From assembly GCA_036172245.1 (NCBI GenBank), contig JAYWIR010000011.1:1922001-1986000 (forward strand): a DNA stretch of 64,000 nt. Direction: 5' to 3'. Position numbers and translations under genes: made by a program. Each line of letters opens with the position of its first letter. The first letter of the stretch is position 1. Origin of the DNA: Raillietiella orientalis. Its lineage: Eukaryota. Of the stretch, positions 52,538 to 64,000 are shown one piece after another. The notes below the pieces were generated by a model, which was given only the letters and a program-made list of their open reading frames with translations, searched no databases and was not told the DNA's origin.

Positions 52538-52732
52538 GATCATCATCATCCCGTCATCGTCACTGTCCATTATCAATCTGTTGCCATCATCTTCACCCCA
52601 CTTACCCCTTCTGATGCTACTTTTCCGGTGCCGGTGTCATGCATCATCGTCGTCGCCTGGCTCTCATCATCCCACCGTCAACATAGCCGTCAGTCATCAC
52701 ACTCTCACCATCGTCGTCATCATCGGAGTCAT
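52538..52732. repeat. Decayed (CAT/CGT)n trinucleotide repeat
   Basis: catcatcatc..cgtcatcgtcac..catcgtcgtcatcatc. Confidence 0.7.
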
Positions 52733-54878
52733 CCCAGGAAAGTCAGCGCTCCGGGCGTTCCCGGGGACCTGACACGCGCGCGCGCTTCGTGCCGTAATGT
52801 TGGCACAGGCTTGGGCGGGCTGCAGAGCGAGCTGGTAGGGTTGCCACCCTCTCCCCGATGCCTTCCTGGAAGCGGTTCGGTGACGGCGGCGAAGGGGACC
52901 AGGAAGAAGAGGAGGAAGGAAGAAGAGGAAGAAGGCTCCGGGACCCCTCCCACTTAGCCCCTGGATCTTCTCCCTTCCTTCCATCTCGCCATCCCAGCTC
53001 CACTCTCCTGTGGAACGAGTCCCCAGGAAGAGAAAGGAAAAATGGGGGAAGAAGGGAAGCTGCGCGCGCCTACCGACGAGGCGGTTGTGACCGACACCCC
53101 TCGCGGGCTCAGCGGTACGGCACCTCTCGAGCCACCTGCACCTCACTGACCGCTGCTGCTCGCCCCTCCTCCGCTGACTCCGCGGCAAAGTCGCCACCGC
53201 CTTTCCGGAGATCCGCCTACCGGGATACGAGCGGGCAGGCCTGCGGGTGCCCTCGCCGCCCCTCCCGCAAGGCGCGCGACCGGAGCCATGTCGTACAGGA
53301 CGCGCGGGAGGGACTCGCGCGCTCACTGTTCTCTTCTCTTCCCCTGCTGGTCTCCTGGGGCAACCGCGCCGCCCCGTCTGATGCTCGTCGGCTGCTCCCG
53401 GAGGGAACGAGGTCCTGGAAGGATGGAGGTCTTTCGCGACCTTGCCCCCAGGAGACGCAGCAGTGCCCTCTTCCTGTTCTGCCTCCTCTTCCCCCGTTCT
53501 CCGTCCTCCGCGGCGCGTCGCAGACGCCGGGAGGTCGCAGGCGGGGGAGGAGGGGAGGGTGATCACCTCCAGGAACGGAATAGGAAGGAGGAGTCCCGGA
53601 TCGGCGACCGTAGGATACCTCCAGGATGAAAAATTCTCGCTTCCCTTCCACGACCGGGGAAGAGGGAAATGAAGGAGCGGTGGTCGATGATTCTTCAGCT
53701 GCTCCTTTCGGTCAAGCGTCTACGCACGATCTCCAGGAAGATCATCAGGGGAAGGGGTGAAGTTCGAAGAGGACCTCGGGGAGACAACGAACACGGTTGC
53801 GGTCGCGAGAGGGCTCTGGCGCTCGCCCCGCCGAAGAAGATGAAGAAGGGAGGAGCGGAGGGAAAATCGGGAACTCTCGGTGAAGGGACGCTCGGCCTGG
53901 GCCGCCTGGCAGCCATCCCGAGGTCCATTGAAGAGGGCAAGACTGTGAGGCCCCTCCCTCCCTTCGCCCGCTGACGCATCCTCAAGGCCGCCGGACGCCG
54001 CCTCTTCCCCTCCTGCAGACGCCAACTCTCCGCCTCGGGTTGCCCGGGAGACGCCGCGTTTCGCCTCCGCTGCCGCCGCTCGGGGCGAGAGAACGCGGGT
54101 GCGTGCGCTTTCCCCACCTCCTCCCCTCAGCTGCAGCCGCCGCCAGCACCTCCGCCGTTGCGAGGACGCAGGAAGCCCGCGCCGCGTCCCTGCTCTCCGC
54201 TTTGCCTTTTCTCCCCCTCCTCCACTCCCCTTCTCTCTCCCTCTCTGCTGCCGAGCGGGACGGCCTAGCCCTGTGGCGGACGGAAGCGCCCGCAGCTGGC
54301 TGCGGCGGCCCCTCCCACTTCGCCTCCTCGCGCGCGCGACCCCTCTGCCCGGACAAGCGCCTGTCTCCGCCGCCACCCCTTGAACTGGCGCAGAGCGGAG
54401 AGGAAAAGGGGAGTTGTGGGGAAGAGAGGGGGGTAGGGCTGCACGCTTCGCCGCACGCGTGCACGTGCAGAGCCTTCACACTCTCCCCCTGCCCAGCCCT
54501 GCCCCCGTCCTCCAGGGAGGAGAAACTCGGGACTCCTCTCCCGACACGCTCGACCTTTTGATTCGCCTCACCGGGCAGTCGAGCGCGGCGTGGCACCCCG
54601 GACAACCAGGACGCACTCTTTACTCGACGGCCTTTTTTTTTCTTTTTTCCTCCCCACCTCGCCCTCTTCCTTCCATGCCCATCGCTCAGTCGGCCCTAGC
54701 GGAACGACGGAAAAGGCAGAACGGCCAGGTTGCCTAGCGACGCTCCGAGACTCCGGAGTCGCTCTCTCTCCAGCAGCTCCTTCCCCGATCCACAGACTCG
54801 AAAAGAGCAAAGTGGACCTGCGTAGGGAAGGGGGATCGAAGAAAAATCCTCAATCTCTCTCTGTTCCACCCCTCAGGA

Positions 54879-55292
54879 CCCACGAGGCACTCGTCTGCTC
54901 CGAACGGAAGGGACCGAAACGTCTCTGCACGCCTCTTGGAAGGGGGAAATCGGGCAGATTGGTCGGCACGGCACGGGACTATCTTCTGGAAGCCCTCCCT
55001 AGGAGGAGAAGGGGCGAGGGGAGGGGGACAAGCGCCTTCCACCTCCCCCCCAAGCAGACTGGAGCATGCGGGGATTCGACGACGGAGAGAACGTTGGCAT
55101 CCCGAGGGTGGCCCGGCCGGAGTCTCCCGAAGAGGCCCAGAGCCACGTGCGTCCGGGCAGGGTGAGGCAATCTCCCCCGCCTCCCCCCCTTTTGCCCTGC
55201 CGAGGGCTTGGGGAAGATCACGCGTCTCCGGGGCGCTGCCCAGGAGGTATCTCGCACGCGGTCGTTTGCAAGGGAAAAAAGAGGCAGAGAGA
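54879..55292 (+). repeat. Inverted repeat, left arm (near-identical core)
   Basis: Reverse complement of 56358-56773 with only a few differences. Confidence 0.95.
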
Positions 55293-56357
55293 GAGGCCCA
55301 TCGCCCCTCCAGGTCTGTCGTCGCGGGTGTCACGATCGGCTCCCCGCCCCCTCAGCGCATCATCCTCCGCTTTTCCGATACACCCCGGAGGGGACGAGTC
55401 GATCCCTCTTCCCGGGTAGCCGCCTCTTTCTTCCCTTCCCAGGGTCTCCCGAGATGAAACCGGAGGAAGGAGCGCCCCCCGAGGAAACCCGCCTTAGAGA
55501 CCGCCCCTTCCAAATCGGCCGAGAGTCGGAAGCTGCGCGTCCCACGCCTTCGCCCCGTCTCACGCAAGAAGTCCTTCGCGAGCCGGAGGTCGCGAACGAG
55601 GCTCCAGAGGCCGATAATGGCCGCCTCGGGGCGCAGCGCGCGTCCGCGATTGGTCCGCTCTCTCATGGAGCTGCTCGGCGTCCAGGGGGTGGCTAACGAC
55701 CTCAACGGCCGCGCTGCCGTCGACACTCTCGCCCCTGCGTTCCGCACAGCTTCCCGGATGCGGGGCAGAACGCCGCGGGCAATTGCCTCTCTCCCCCTGT
55801 AGCCGTCACCTAGCCAGCCGCCCTCCTTCCTGTGTTCTCTGTGTTCGCCGAGTGGTCACCCGGGCACAGGTCCGACCGAAACCAACCCTGGGACGACCTC
55901 AGTCCCTCGGTGGGCGTTTGCCACCCCAGGACACCTGCGCGCATCACGCGGCACGCTCGAGCGGGGTTGCCTAGCAAAGGATCCTCGAGCGCTCCTCCTC
56001 CCGGGGGAGGCAGCAGGAAGATGCCACGCTGTAGGCGCGTCCCGTTCACGGCCGCGGGATGATGCACGCCGCGAAGACTCGGAGCGCGACTGGATGATGC
56101 AGGAAGAAAGGAGAAAGAGACGGGAAAGTCGTCTTGAGCAACCTCCCTCTTGCCTGGACCTCGCGAGAGGCGGCGTTGCCCTTGAAGTCCCTGGGAACTC
56201 CGCGAGCGCGCCATCATCAGGGTTCTCCGGAGAGGGGAGGATTCTTGGGTCATCTCGCACGCGGTCCTCCACACGAGAAAAAGAGGCAGAAGAGAGGCCC
56301 ATGGAAGCCCCTTCCGGCGGCGGTCCCCACGGCAGACCTGGAAGGGCTATGGACCCT

Positions 56358-56773
56358 TCTCTCTGCCTCTTTTTTCCCTTGCAAACGACCGCGTGCGAGA
56401 TACCTCCTGGGCAGCGCCCCGGAGACGCGTGATCTTCCCCAAGCCCTCGGCGGGGCAAAAGGGGGGGGGGCGGGGGAGATTGCCTCACCCTGCCCGGACG
56501 CACGTGGCTCTGGGCCTCTTCGGGAGACTCCGGCCGGGCCACCCTCGGGATGCCAACGTTCTCTCCGTCATCGAATCCCCGCATACGCTCCAGTCTGCTT
56601 GGGGGGGAGGTGGAAGGCGCTTGTCCCCCTCCCCTCGCCCCTTCTCCTCCTAGGGAGGGCTTCCAGAAGATAGTCCCGTGCCGTGCCGACCAATCTGCCC
56701 GATTTCCCCCTTCCAAGAGGCGTGCAGAGACGTTTCGGTCCCTTCCGTTCGGAGCAGACGAGTGCCTCGTGGG
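56358..56773 (-). repeat. Inverted repeat, right arm (near-identical core)
   Basis: Reverse complement of 54879-55292. Confidence 0.95.
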
Positions 56774-58593
56774 GTCTGAGGGGGTGGAACAAGGAGAGAT
56801 TGCAGATTTTCCCTCGGCCACTCCTCTGGGGTTCTCCGGGGGATCGTTTCACGTCATCCGCTCCCCGAGCCGGGATCCCGGAATTCGACTCTGGAAGACG
56901 GAGCAGCAGCGGCGAGCGACCTTCTGCGGCGCAGAGTCCTCCCGAGAGACCTCCTCACAAGGCGGAACGCCTCCCTCCTCCTCCGACCCCTTGCATACGA
57001 CCCGTTCCTTGCCCCGGCCGGGTCCGCACAGAGGAGGGCCTCCTTCTTCCAGAAGAAGGGGCTCTGACGTCCCTTTTTTTTTCTTCTTCTTCCTGCCCCA
57101 CACCACGCCTCCAGGTGCCCGCTCCCCCCAGGGAAGCCTCACGAAAGCCACCATCCCACAAGAGCGGGTCGATGTCTCGGGCCGGTGCCGCGTCGTCCTC
57201 GTGCAGGACCGTCCCAAGGAGGCCTCCCGGGCGACGGCGAGCCACCCGAGTCCCACCTGATCCCACGGGCAAAGCTTCTCTCTGAAGGGCTGCCGTGGGG
57301 AAGGAGGGGCCACGCTCTTCTCCCTCCCTTCTCGAGCCCGACGAAGAGGAAACGCCACCTCCCTCCCCCCGCTCGAGAGCTGCCAGCGTGCCCTTTTGTG
57401 CCGAAGCATGGGAGGGGGAGAAGGGAAAGGGACATCTCTCCCCCCCCCCCCTTTCCCCCTTGCGACGGCCCACTTCTGATCAGGGAGCTCGCCCAAAGAC
57501 GCGCGAAGATGCATCGGGCTGCTACGAGGTTTATTCTGAAGAGAGAGGAGCTCGTTGCCCTTTCGTGGGGGGAGGGGAGGGCCACTGCTTCCATGGAATG
57601 AAAATCGCTTTCCTCCTCTCTCCATCCCGATCCACGGCGCAGGTAGGTGTCGTCGTCGACCTTTGGGGAGTGGAGGAACACAGGCAGACCCAGGAACCTG
57701 CAGTTCTCCCTCCTTCGAGAGGAGACAGGTCCCACGGGACTCCCTGCCGGAGCGGGCGCAGGAAACTCCTCACGCAGCGCGCGCCAGCAACAGCAGCAGC
57801 GGCGGAAGCCGCCACCGGCCGCCGGATGGCGAGTGCGAATCCACCAGGTGTCTCCGGGGGTCGGCTCCTCCACCGCGACTCCGTCGCAGCCCGATCGACC
57901 AGCCTGGAGGACGTCGTTCTTATTCCCAGAGGCCTGTGGCCGGCTGGGACCAGGCCGTTCCACGCCCCGCCCCCTCTCCCCCTTCCCTCCGCGGGCCAGG
58001 ACCCTCCCCACTTGCCCGCTCGGCAGCGCGCGCACGCGCGTGGAGGTGCCGGCGGTCTCTCCGGGCAGCCGCGCGAGGAGAGGCTGCGGCTGACTCCCGA
58101 CGCGGATCGCCGTCCAACGAGACGCGTCCTCGGGGGAGTCGCGGACCAATCGAGGGCGCCACGCTCGGCAGCGCGCGCCCCCGCGTGCGACACCTCCCTC
58201 CGTTCCGGAACGCTGGACGAAGCGGGGGGAGGAAGAGGAGGAGGAGGAGAGGAGCAGGGAGGGGGGAGCAGAAAAGCTGCGAGACGCCGCGCAGGGACCA
58301 CGCGACGTCTTTCCTCCCAGCGAGGTCAAAGCGCCCCGGAGAGAAATGCGTTCCCCTTCGCCCGCGGGCGAAGGAGCTGAGTTCGTCAGAACTGAGGCGC
58401 CTCCGAGCGATTCCACCGGAACCAAGGAGAGAAAAGAGGGCTCCTCTCTCCGGGCGCTGGAGATCCCCCGGGCATTCTCGGTGCCCTCCCTCGCGCATGC
58501 TCGATGGATGCCCTCCTTCTCTTCCGGGGGGCGTAATGCGCCGGAGCGGCCTGCACCCTCTCTGGCCGGCTGCGAGGGATCCCGGTCATGGAG

Positions 58594-58948
58594 CCAGCCC
58601 GAGTGGGCGGGCAGGCAAAGGGAAGCAAGGTCCACGGGGGGACGAGGTGCGGGTGCCCCCGGGCCGTATCTCCCCGCATCCGGAAGGGTCCTCTACCCTC
58701 GATGCTACTCTGGGCAGCTCCGGGAGGAAGAAGAATTTGATAGAAGAGGAGGAAGGAGGGGAATTTTCTCTGCCTGACCGTCGAGACGCAGCTCCCGGTC
58801 CCCTTGGCAACCGACCTCAGGCAGCCGGGCCGCCCCTGCAGCAGGGGAGAGGAGGCGTCCAGCCCGAGTGGGCGGGCGGGCGAAGGGAAGCAAGGGTCAC
58901 GGGAGGACGAGGCGCATCCATCCCAGTATCTCCCTGCATCCGGAAGGC
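58594..58948. repeat. Diverged ~95-bp direct repeat (58594-58688 / 58859-58948)
   Basis: ccagcccgagtgggcgggc..aagggaagcaagg..ggacgagg..gtatctccc.gcatccggaagg twice, period ~265. Confidence 0.85.
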
Positions 58949-59099
58949 AAACCTAAGGCTCTTCCATCCGCTCGACGGGACTCGCCCCTGAGGGAAGGGG
59001 GTACCTCCCTCGCTTTTCTCTCCGGCTTTTCCCGCTGGCCCGGGCAAAATCCCTCCGAGGGTAAGTTCCAGTCTCTCCGGCCCGCGCGCTCGTTTCCGC

Positions 59100-59160
59100 C
59101 TCTTTGTTAGCCTCCGACGCATCGGTACCCTTTGATGCGTCCTTGAGCCATAAAATCTGG
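59100..59160. promoter_or_regulatory. Candidate TCF + Cdx composite element
   Basis: cctttgatg 59129-59137 and gccataaaa 59147-59155. Confidence 0.2.
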
Positions 59161-62100
59161 AGCATCGTCTTTCGGAGATCGGCGGAAGATACGCGAGGGG
59201 GCGCCCGGCCGCTCGAGCCGCGCCCCGTGGCGGCGGCGGCGGCTCTCGGGAGAGCGACGGGGGGGACCCCTTAGGGCTGCGGAGACCGAGAGGGGGGATC
59301 GAAGGGCCCTCGACTTCCCCTCCTCCCGCGCCCCTCGCAGAGCTACGCGAGGCCGCAGACTCGAAGGGAACGGCGCCTGTAAGGGGAAGAACCTCCGGGA
59401 AGAAGGGTCACACGCCCTTCTTCGAGAGTCATTGGAGGGTAGGGAGGGATCGGCGGACGGGAGAGAGCTCGCGCACCCTGTTGGCGGCGAGGCGTTCCCG
59501 GCTGGCCCCGCCCGCCACCGCCCCAACCACGCCTCCGCGGGCGCACGCGCGCTTGCACTCCTTGGGGGGACGAAGGAGAGGTGGGGGTGGAATTGGCTTC
59601 CCCTCTCGGACGCTCTCTGGCACACCCGATTTTTGCCGAGGAGGCGTCGTCCGGACGGGCGGCGGCGGCGGCAGCAGCTTTCCTCCGCCTGTCGCCCCTC
59701 CCGTTCCCAAGGGGACGGACTCGATCCCGGAGAAAGCGGCTCTGCAGAAAGGAGGGGGAAGGGGAAAAACCTACCAATTCGTGGCCACTCCCCCTCCTCC
59801 CGGGTTCCGGGAAGAAGCGAAGAGAGAGACGTGAGCGACGCGACTATGGCGGCGGCACTCGCGCCGATAGGATGGTAAAGGAGGTCATCCGGATGACCAC
59901 ACGAGAGGGGGATGGCCCGGAGTGATTGCAGGCGTCCCATAGGATTGACCGTCGCTCGAGGAGCTGCTCCCGACAGCGACGGACTTCACCAGGGAGTGCG
60001 AGGAACAGCCCGAGAGCACTATCCCGAGACGGTGGTGTCTGCCGGAAACGTGGGGCGCATTCCGGGACGTTCGGCGGTGGAAAAACCGGGACTTCGGGCG
60101 GGAGCTGGAGCGGAAGACGGGGCAGCGTGGAGTGGTGCCGGCCATCAGCCGCCGCTGCGGAGGTGAGCAGCTTAAGAGGTCATTCTCGAGTGAGATCTCG
60201 GGTCATCCAGCGTGCCGCCCATCGGGAAGCGACAGGAGAGGAGGAGAAGGCGGATCGTCGAGAAGAGCGGATCAGGGGTGTCAAAGCGCCCGGAAGAGGT
60301 CTCCACGGATTCCGAGGCGCCGGCGACCGCGGACGAGTGCAAGCGGCGAGGTGGCCGTTGCGAGGCACCCAGGACGCGCGCTGGTCCTTTTCAAGGCTGC
60401 TGGCGCGCGCAAGGCAGGGCAGCGTTCCACCCACGGAGTCAGCAATGTCATTCCACTGTCGCTTTCTCAATCTACCACGCCGGGGACCGGGGAGAGAAGC
60501 ACCGAACACCACCAACCGAGCTCGTGGGACGCGTCCCGCGGGGGACGAGTGTGCACGTCGCCACCCCATCGGTGGTCATCGGATCGAGGTCCGACCTTGG
60601 AGGTCACGCCCTAAGGATGGCGGAAGGGGAGGAGGAGCCGTGTCCCTGTGGCGCCGCGTCGCTCGCAGCCGGCGGGCGCATCGACGGCGATGAGAGTCGC
60701 AGCATCCGTACGGAAAGGCCTGCTGCCATCTCGCGTCGCGGTCGGGAATTGGGCGGCCTCACGGCTTCCTCCCCCTACCGTCGCCAGGCAGGAACAGAGC
60801 GACATCTCTCCTCTTTCTCACCTGGAACGGGAGAAGGCTATGTGACCCCCGCCCCATGAGGAAGCCGCGCCACGCCCTCTGCTGTCTTCCCGTCACTCCG
60901 CACCCTCTTGTGTTTTCCGTTTTCTCTGAGGAGAAACGCCAGAGGGTGCAGAATGCCGGGATGGGTTCTTCTCACCGGGCGGGGTCATCTGCACGGATGG
61001 TCAGGAGCTGCCAGAGCCGAAGCAAGGGAGAGGAGGCCATCTCCAGATGGTCTCGCTTCCCCTCTCCCCTTTTCCCCTTCTCCTGAACCCGAGTGCTGCG
61101 AGATCCGAGTCCGGCCTGTGCTTAGGCGCGCGGGTCCCGGGGGGTTTCGGCTTGCTTCCCGCATGCCGGTTGGGCAGCCCGGGGCCAAGAGATCCCGGTA
61201 CCTGCTCCCCGTCGGGGACCAAGCGCCTGCATCCCGTTAGTAATGATGGTGGGCGGCGACGACGTTTCCCGGTTCCCTCAGGCAGAGGGTCCTGCGGGAA
61301 GGGAGAAGGCGACCTGCCTCCCTCTCGTAGGAGAGGGAGCTGAGGTTTCCTGGGTCTGTCTGTATTCCTCTTCCCCCACCCCAAGGGTCGACTCCCACGT
61401 ATGTCGTGGGCACTGCAGGACTTTCTGGAGACCCGCGACGCGGGAGAGCCACCGAAGCGGAAGAATTCGGGCTCCTCTTCCTTCCACGCACGCATAGGAG
61501 AGAACGCCCCCTTCCCCCCACGAGACCCCGCCTCCGCACTCAGACGCGCGGAGCCCACTCTTGGATCCAACGGCGCCACCAGCGTGCTCCCTCCCCCTGC
61601 GGTTTCCATAGCAGCACCTCTGAAGCGGGCTCTCGGGGCCGCCGCCGCCAGTTGACCGTGAGGCGCTGGGGAGAGAGAGGGTCCAGACGGAGACTCCGCG
61701 GTTCGAAGATCCCGACCTGCGGCGACCGTCCTTCAGTGGCCGAGGTTTCGTTACAACCTCCCTCTGCTCCTACTCCCTTCGTAGGACGGGAAGAAAGAAA
61801 GGCAGCGCCAGCTCCCAGAAGCGGACGCCGCGGATTTTTAATTTCGGTTTTCTCCCCCTCCCTCTCCCCCCCATCTTCCCCTCCTTCCCTCCCTCCCTCC
61901 CCCTGGAAAGTGGTGTCGCGCTCCCCCCATTCCGACGGAATGAAATTCCGGGGTGCAGAGACCCCTAGGGAGCCATCCATCTTGCCATCCGCCCCTGGGA
62001 AGGCCTCGCCAACGCGGCACGGGAGACCTGAGGCGGAAGCCCAGAGGGTGGAAGCGCCTCCCGGGAACCATGGGGGGGATGGGGGGAAGGGCCGAGCGCA

Positions 62101-62954
62101 AGGGGTCTCCGCCGGATGGCCTTCCTCAGGTTCTCCCCTCCAGGCGCCTGCAGACCCGAGGAGGCAACGCTCAGGGAAAGCGGCTCCGCGCGTCCAAACC
62201 TGCCTGCCGTCAGCTGCCCCGGGGGCGGCCTGCGGGCCACAGCCGGAAGCAGCTACTGCCAGGTGAACCGCTGCAGGGGGCGCGAGAGCATCCAGTGGCC
62301 GCGCCGCGGCGACAGAGGTCCTCCGCCTCTCTCCCACCCCCACCCCGACCGCCGCCTCCGGGGTTCCGATGCGAAGAGATCCCCTTTCTTTTCCGGCCTC
62401 TCCCCCCCCCGCACCCCTCCCTCCCGAAAAAATCGATGGGGCAAAGCCAGTGGGACTGCGCCGGATAAAGGGGCCAATTACCGCCGGCGTCCCCGGGGAA
62501 CGCAGCCGTCCCGGACCCGCGAATCCCGCTGATGGCCACAAATTACGGCGCCTCCTCTTTGACGTTTCCCTGTTTTTCACGCGAGGGGAAGCGCGCGTCC
62601 GGGCGCTCCACCCCCGGACGGGGTCTTCGAGCCGTGTGCGGGAGAGGGCGTCACCGTCACCGCGAGGACTCTCGTGATGGCGCATCCTCGCCTCCCGAGG
62701 TCTCTCGCTCTTCGGGTTCGGGAAAGGGCGGCGACGGAAAGGAAGGGAAGGGGAAGAAAGGAGGGGTCGCTCACTCGCTCTCTCCCGGAGGCACGCAGCG
62801 ATCGACAGGCCGACCGTCTCCGAGAGACGGTGCCACCCACCCGTCCCCTGCCCCTTACTTCGACCCCGAACGGACGGCTCCATCCTCGACGGCGACGAAG
62901 GTGAAGCGCCCCTTCGCTTGCGCGGCTTCTTTTTGCCTGTTTTTTTTTTTTTTT

Positions 62955-62960
62955 TTTATT
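62955..62960 (-). promoter_or_regulatory. Putative polyadenylation signal of caudal
   Basis: First AATAAA I found on the minus strand, ~400 nt after the stop; runs into a genomic A tract. Confidence 0.4.
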
Positions 62961-63296
62961 CTGAATCTGATTGGCTGTCGCCACTCCGTTGCTCAGAGTC
63001 GGCGTCGTCAGCGCCGCCGTGGTGGCTGCTGGCAGCATCGGCGGCGGCTCAGCTGAGTATTCCACAGCCGTCCGTCTCCCCTCGTGGGGTCGACGGTCGG
63101 AAGGAGGCGTTTCACCTGGTCGTGCCGAGGGGGCAGCGGGCTCGCCCTGGAGGGAAGGGGCGGGTGCCCCCAGTCGAACCCTCGGCGCTCGCGGCGGCTT
63201 CTCAGGCCAGCCTTCCCGAGGACCGACCCCCGGCGCGCGCCTGCGCGGGGTCGGTGGCGCGCGCGCGGGGCGGAGGGGCGAGGTGGGATAGCGGCA

Positions 63297-63300
<4 letters not shown>

Positions 63301-63345
<45 letters not shown>
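63301..63345. repeat. (GA)n microsatellite in caudal 3' UTR
   Basis: ~22 perfect units. Confidence 0.95.
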
Positions 63346-63347
<2 letters not shown>

Positions 63348-63362
63348 CGCTCTCTCCTCCCT

Positions 63363-63581
63363 TCACTCGGACGACAGGCAGATGAGGTTCGGTTCCATCT
63401 TGATGCCGGAGATGCGGCCCGGGTGAGAGGATGGCAGGTGCATGGCGCCGTCCAGCTGCTGCATCGGGATGGTGGCGCCCGGCACGCTGTTCGAGTCGGC
63501 CTTGTCCTTGGGCGCCAGCTCGTCCCGTTTCTTCGCCTGCTTGCGCTCCTTCGCCCGCCTGTTTTGAAACCAAATCTTGAT
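63363..63581 (-). CDS. cad: Caudal/Cdx homeobox protein, last coding exon
   Basis: ctcccccag|[31 protein letters not shown]...CLSSE*; helix 3 with Cdx-typical RAKERK. Confidence 0.95.
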   Translation of the reverse strand: MKIWFQNRRAKERKQAKKRDELAPKDKADSNSVPGATIPMQQLDGAMHLPSSHPGRISGIKMEPNLICLSSE

Positions 63582-63704
63582 CTGGGGGAGCATCATCATC
63601 TCAGTGGAGCCCTCTGCCGGTGCGCGCGCATCCCGGAGCCCGCCCGCGCGCCGGGGGGGGGGGGGGGGGAGGAAGGGAGGGGAGAAGAGGGCGTCCTTCC
63701 TTAC

Positions 63705-63850
63705 CTGGCGCTCAGTGAGGCCCAGGAGCGTCGCCAGCTCCGTCTTGCGCCGGATGGTGATGTACCTGGTGTACCGAAACTCTTTCTCCAGCTCCAGCCG
63801 CTGGTGGTCGCTGTACACCACCCGGTACTTGTCCTTGGTACGGGTCTTCC
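63705..63850 (-). CDS. cad: Caudal/Cdx homeobox protein, penultimate coding exon (5' exon(s) outside window)
   Basis: cgccag|GG AAG ACC CGT: (G)[48 protein letters not shown]|gtaagg; diagnostic Cdx homeodomain and conserved intron positions. Confidence 0.97.
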
Positions 63851-64000
63851 CTGGCGTACAAGAGAAAGTCAGAAAGACCTGTTCATCACGTCCCCGCGCT
63901 TCTCGGAGGTTCCAGGGCGGCAGGGTCGGGAGGAAGCGGACGAAGCAACCCCTGAGCGCCCTGCGGCGCGGAAGCGCGCGCGCGTCCGTTTCACCTCGGG

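Noticed and set aside
57139..58991. Long ORFs of 361-498 aa on both strands
   Set aside because: Overlapping Arg/Gly/Pro/Ser-rich frames expected in very GC-rich DNA; no recognisable domain
61540..62883. 447-aa minus-strand ORF downstream of caudal
   Set aside because: Low-complexity GC-rich translation with no domain; likely spurious
1..64000. CRISPR arrays, rRNA, prokaryotic operons or defence systems
   Set aside because: Sequence is eukaryotic (spliced homeobox gene, LINEs, microsatellites); no repeat-spacer array or rRNA seen

Overview
Eukaryotic (animal, probably protostome) genomic DNA. It is GC-rich and dominated by decayed repeats, with four sharply bounded AT-rich islands. The only host gene I can support is the 3' half of a caudal/Cdx homeobox gene on the minus strand at the right edge: two exons, 63705-63850 and 63363-63581, with the 5' part outside the window. 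The ~63 kb downstream of it is a transposon graveyard. It holds at least 8-10 decayed copies of one L1/Tx1-like LINE family, often in alternating orientation, which end in a shared AATAAA + 5-bp hairpin motif rather than poly(A). There are also RTE-like and R2-like LINE relics, two copies of a tRNA-derived SINE with a hammerhead-like fold, and four copies of an AT-rich element with imperfect inverted ends. Two near-identical tracts (1.3 kb direct, 0.41 kb inverted) sit inside older diverged homology, suggesting recent gene conversion. Nearly all listed six-frame ORFs are spurious GC-rich frames. Boundaries of degenerate elements are approximate and were read by eye.
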